A stretch of DNA of 63,982 nucleotides, the filler included, from Stramenopiles sp. TOSAG23-2 (taxonomy: Eukaryota), in the NCBI GenBank assembly GCA_900128395.1. It is 4 parts of 4 records of this genome, joined end to end, with 100 filler letters (N's around TTAATTAATTAA, not from the genome) between each part and the next. Parts side by side here need not be neighbours in the genome. Positions count along the whole stretch, not along the records: positions 48,605 to 63,982 come from LT649711.1; 3 more parts are not named here. One strand, 5' to 3'. Below are positions 60,242 to 63,982 of the stretch, piece by piece (within the stretch, counting starts at the first letter, position 1; each line of letters begins with the position of its first letter). Both the position numbers and the translations under genes were made by a program. Below the pieces are notes generated by a model. It did no database searches. It saw only the letters and a list, made by a program, of their open reading frames with translations, and was not told the origin of the DNA.

Positions 60242-61450
60242 TCAGTAAAATCCATCTACCTCGAAAAGTATTGGTCGACGTATCGTACCGATGTTCCTAC
60301 ACTTCAAAATACTTTTTCTATACCATATAATATATATAACCATATATAAGTTAAAAAAAACAATATTTTTCCGGCTTTGCAATATATTGAAATGAAGACG
60401 ACATGACGATCGTATCTGATTAATCCATGGCCCTTTAGGAAATGGCATAGGTGTGTCTAAACATGGACCCCTTCCCCCATGAAAAACTCCACCATTAGCA
60501 GACCAAGAACTGCAATATTCTTTAAAACCGTCATAATTTTGAGGGTACATTAAGAATCCAGCTTCACTCATAATTGCATCATAATGTGTTACGGTATCAT
60601 AACATCCACCACCACTTCCATCCAAACAATGAAAGAGGAGATGCCCATGAGGAATAACAAATGATGCATTATCGCTATCATAAGGATAATTTATTTTCAA
60701 ATTAAACGTCTTGACATCAGGAGATTTACCATAATTACCATCACATCCGATAGCTTTTACAGCATAATCCCGTGTTGAACTATCATCTGGTAATTGAATA
60801 CTAACATTGTAGTTAATTTTATCAACGATTGCAGGCGTTCCTTCAACCTTACTTAACATATTTATTCTTAAACTAGGATGGCCTCTCCACATTCGAGGCC
60901 AAATTCTGAAATATCGTGCTTTTACAGCCTTTGGAAATAACCAATAGTTTGTCGCACCTCTTGGCATATTTCCGTTGTATTTTTTTCCATCATCAACGGT
61001 AAACCACAAGTCGTTATCGCTGCATGTTGTCGCAGAGCCATCGTCGCAAGCATCAATTTGAACTTTATAAGTCGCTTGGTCATGTTTGTTTCTTGCTTGT
61101 ATGGCGTAACCGACGATATCCTGTCTCTTTTTTGTATCTATTCGTAAATGTTCTTGTTGTTTTTTGTGTTTTGCGCACCATCCACCGTTTGCATCAATGT
61201 GACTATTACTACCACTTGAACCACCACCATTACTATCACCAGCAACATTACTAATACTACCACTTGAACCACCAACATTACTATTGATCAATGACACAAT
61301 TTTGCACCCAGATATTTTAATTTCTTTCCATATATTGATTAAATTAACCTTGGTTTCCGCAACATATTTTGCTATATTTTCCAGTTCGAGACCCGGTGCT
61401 TCTGTTATATTTTTTATTATATTCTGTATCTTGTCTATGATGTGTCTCAT
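60242..61450 (-). CDS. Protein containing a discoidin (F5/8 type C)-like domain; exon boundaries uncertain
   Basis: GGWCA...EHLRIDT...IVGYAIQAR...YKVQ...FPKAVKARYFRIWPRMWRGHPSLRINML. Confidence 0.65.
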   Translation of the reverse strand: MRHIIDKIQNIIKNITEAPGLELENIAKYVAETKVNLINIWKEIKISGCKIVSLINSNVGGSSGSISNVAGDSNGGGSSGSNSHIDANGGWCAKHKKQQEHLRIDTKKRQDIVGYAIQARNKHDQATYKVQIDACDDGSATTCSDNDLWFTVDDGKKYNGNMPRGATNYWLFPKAVKARYFRIWPRMWRGHPSLRINMLSKVEGTPAIVDKINYNVSIQLPDDSSTRDYAVKAIGCDGNYGKSPDVKTFNLKINYPYDSDNASFVIPHGHLLFHCLDGSGGGCYDTVTHYDAIMSEAGFLMYPQNYDGFKEYCSSWSANGGVFHGGRGPCLDTPMPFPKGPWINQIRSSCRLHFNILQSRKNIVFFNLYMVIYIIWYRKSILKCRNIGTIRRPILFEVDGFY

Positions 61451-61656
61451 TTTTTGTGAAAATATTTCTTATAAATTTATTGAATAGAATATTGCTTCTG
61501 TAATTGATATAGCCACCATATCCTACATATATTTGTTCTAAATTTATAGTTGTGCTTTGTGTTAACTACTTCTTTGCATCTTCCTTCTTTTGTTAATTAA
61601 TATCTTTGCTTTTTGTGATTCACTATAAAACCTTTTTTGGTTGTGGTAAAACTTCC

Positions 61657-63060
61657 TCAAATTTTTATATTTAAATGAATGATATAATGAGATAGCAAAT
61701 AATTCATTTGTTGGAGAGGCTTGCATTTCAAGGCATTTGTTTGTCTCATCCAATTCATAGTGCTTTCTGCAGCAGATGAATCAGACTTGCCTCTTATTTC
61801 ATATTTGATGTGATAGTTGATCAAAATCCGGACTAATCCGGACAGCAAAAAATAAATTACCTATCAAATTCATATATACTAATTAGTATCGACAGGTAAA
61901 TTTGTCCGGATTTTGTTAATTTTAAATCATAAGTATAGTTGATGTCAGGGTATAATTAACATAGACATAGCACTTATTATACTAATTATACTCTCCAGTT
62001 TTGTGTAGTAAAATATAACTACTCACTATGGTGATCAAAATCCGGACAAAACTTTCCTATCAATAAGTATAAAAAATCCGTATGAAGAAAATGCAAAATA
62101 TAGTGGAAAAGTTAGGGTTTAGTCCGGACAAAATAAAAATAGTAAATCGGATATTTTTATCATAAAAGTCATATCCACTGTTTTTTTTGGAAAATGAAAT
62201 ATAGGTAGTGTACTTTACAATATATGCCTATCATAATTATGTGCTCTGTGCCAATAGCCAATAGCATTTGACCGGTGTTAGCCCACCAGGCCTTATTTGG
62301 TCGTACGTCGGGAGTAGCTTTAGCTACGAGCAGTGCGAACCAAATACGGCTGGTGCGGCTAATCACGCGGGCAAAGCGCCTAAACCGTGACCATCTGTCC
62401 CTATGGCCTGATCAATTATCTATAAAAAAAGGAAAACCTTACCTGCCTTAAGTGGATTTTTTTATATATTTATTTTTATGATAGTACAGTATGGAAGTCA
62501 TGTGTTTCCATAGTGTACTGTGTTAATGGGAGAGAAAATATGGACAAAACGAACATAGGTACAATATTTGTATACTAACTATGAAATATAGCTATCAGAT
62601 ATATCAAATACCGTATTTATGAATAGAGGGATTTGTACCTTTCCAATTCATTTTTGATGTGTATAGAGGCCGAAAATCGGGAAAAAAGTGATCAAAATCC
62701 GGACAGAAAATGGCCGAATTTTAAGGTTTGTCATGATTTGTCCGGATTTTGATCAAGTATTTTACCCTATTTTAAACGCTGTCCGGATTAGTCCGGATTT
62801 TGATCAGCTCTCTATTTGATGTTGGTCCATTCTTCTGGATCTGTGATCCACAGATATTCCACCAGTTGGTCATATGCTTCTGCCACCTCCCCCTGCCTCC
62901 CATCTGAAATTTCTAATGATACATATTGTTTGTTTTCAGTATCATGATAATAATTAACTAGGTTAATATTTACTGGAAGTTTTCCCCTTTCGCTCTCTCC
63001 TAACCTTTCATTCATTGTGATATTTGCTTTATTCATGGCACTAGTGGCGTACTTTGTTTG
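61657..63060 (-). pseudogene. Unknown ORF interrupted by the MULE-like insertion
   Basis: Removing the element plus one TSD fuses ...LWITDPEEWTNIK to YEIRGKSDSSAAESTMNW in frame. With the element present, a TAG forms at the junction. Confidence 0.5.
61812..62812. mobile_element. Non-autonomous Mutator (MULE)-like DNA transposon, 1001 bp
   Basis: 35-bp TIRs GATAGTTGATCAAAATCCGGACTAATCCGGACAGC / GCTGTCCGGATTAGTCCGGATTTTGATCAGCTCTC (2 mismatches). Perfect 10-bp TSD TATTTGATGT at 61802-61811 and 62813-62822. Subterminal AAAATCCGGAC-type motifs in both orientations. Confidence 0.85.
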
Positions 63061-63982
63061 TAATATTAATGGATGTGTGTAATATTTTTCTTTTAAGAAT
63101 AACTGATGATTATACAGAAGAAGGAAATGCAGCAGGTAGTGGATTTGCACTGTTGAATATAATGTTTGAATCACTTGAACGGTTTGGAGTAAATTGTTTC
63201 CAAATAGATAATGGTTTATTTGGAGTCGGACAACAACAACAACAACAACAACAAAATCAATTGTGGATTTAACGGGTGATGGTGATGGGTCAACATCAAA
63301 AATAACAACAACAACAATGACAATGACATATCCACCAAAGGTAAACTGCGACGTTGGTGCAAAACCTGGATTATATATTCTAGAGCAGCTATGGCAGACA
63401 CCAGAAGAAAAAGCATACGATCTTGAAAAACCTCTGCTGAAACAACACTTTGAATCCATTGGTAAATACAAATCAAATTAATATTGAAGGGTTTATAAAT
63501 CACCATTTAAATGCGTTATTGTTATATGTGACAATGGATACATTAGAAGAATATCTAGACAAATATTATAGAACATATATTACCTTAATTTATTTAGCAG
63601 AGGAGAGAACTCTCTCTGAATTTAGATTGTGGACAAGTGCAAACAAACAAAAACATAAACAACACAGAAAAAAGCAACAAAATGTGGGGGAAAATTTAAA
63701 CAAAGACAATATACAAGGGTTTAAAAAAAATTCTTGTTTTTAACGTAAATTTAAAATATAAAATATCCTACATGACGCATCTTCAATCTCTCTCCCAGAT
63801 TCCACTTTCAACATTTTTCTCTCTTTAACTTCTCTCTAATTGCTTTTTTTTATTTTTTTTAGTTTTTGTATTTTTTTCACCTCTTATTTAATATCATACC
63901 TTTTTATATTATTGATTTGAAAATTCAAACGGGTTCGGTTGACTACCACTAGCTAATATATTTTCATTTGTTGATAGTACAT

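Overview
AT-rich eukaryotic (protist) genome assembly. The window holds four unrelated ~16-kb scaffolds joined by artificial 100-nt N-TTAATTAATTAA-N linkers (16115-16214, 32319-32418, 48505-48604), so neighbourhoods across linkers mean nothing. Gene content (IFT38/CLUAP1, TPC channel, WASP-like protein, formin, RhoGEF, PUF protein, eL28, SKP1-like, GH32, GH130-like, BVMO, XDH/AO) suggests a flagellated heterotroph, possibly a stramenopile (inference). The main signal is in scaffold 4. A large predicted surface receptor gene (51186-59911) has a signal peptide, beta-helix, Cys-rich repeats and a multi-TM region. What looks like a 3.3-kb satellite inside it is a tandem array of near-identical ~100-110-nt units, each carrying full intron signals (GTAAGT...GACTAAC...YAG). 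The units are separated by 25 exactly 3-nt, variable, never-stop spacers that look like single-codon microexons building the loops between 69-nt beta-helix-rung exons. Also present: a 1001-bp Mutator-like non-autonomous element with a 10-bp TSD and a central hairpin that splits an ORF, a foldback element, and several unusual domain architectures. Many short exact tandem duplications look like assembly artefacts. All domain calls are by eye, without database searches.
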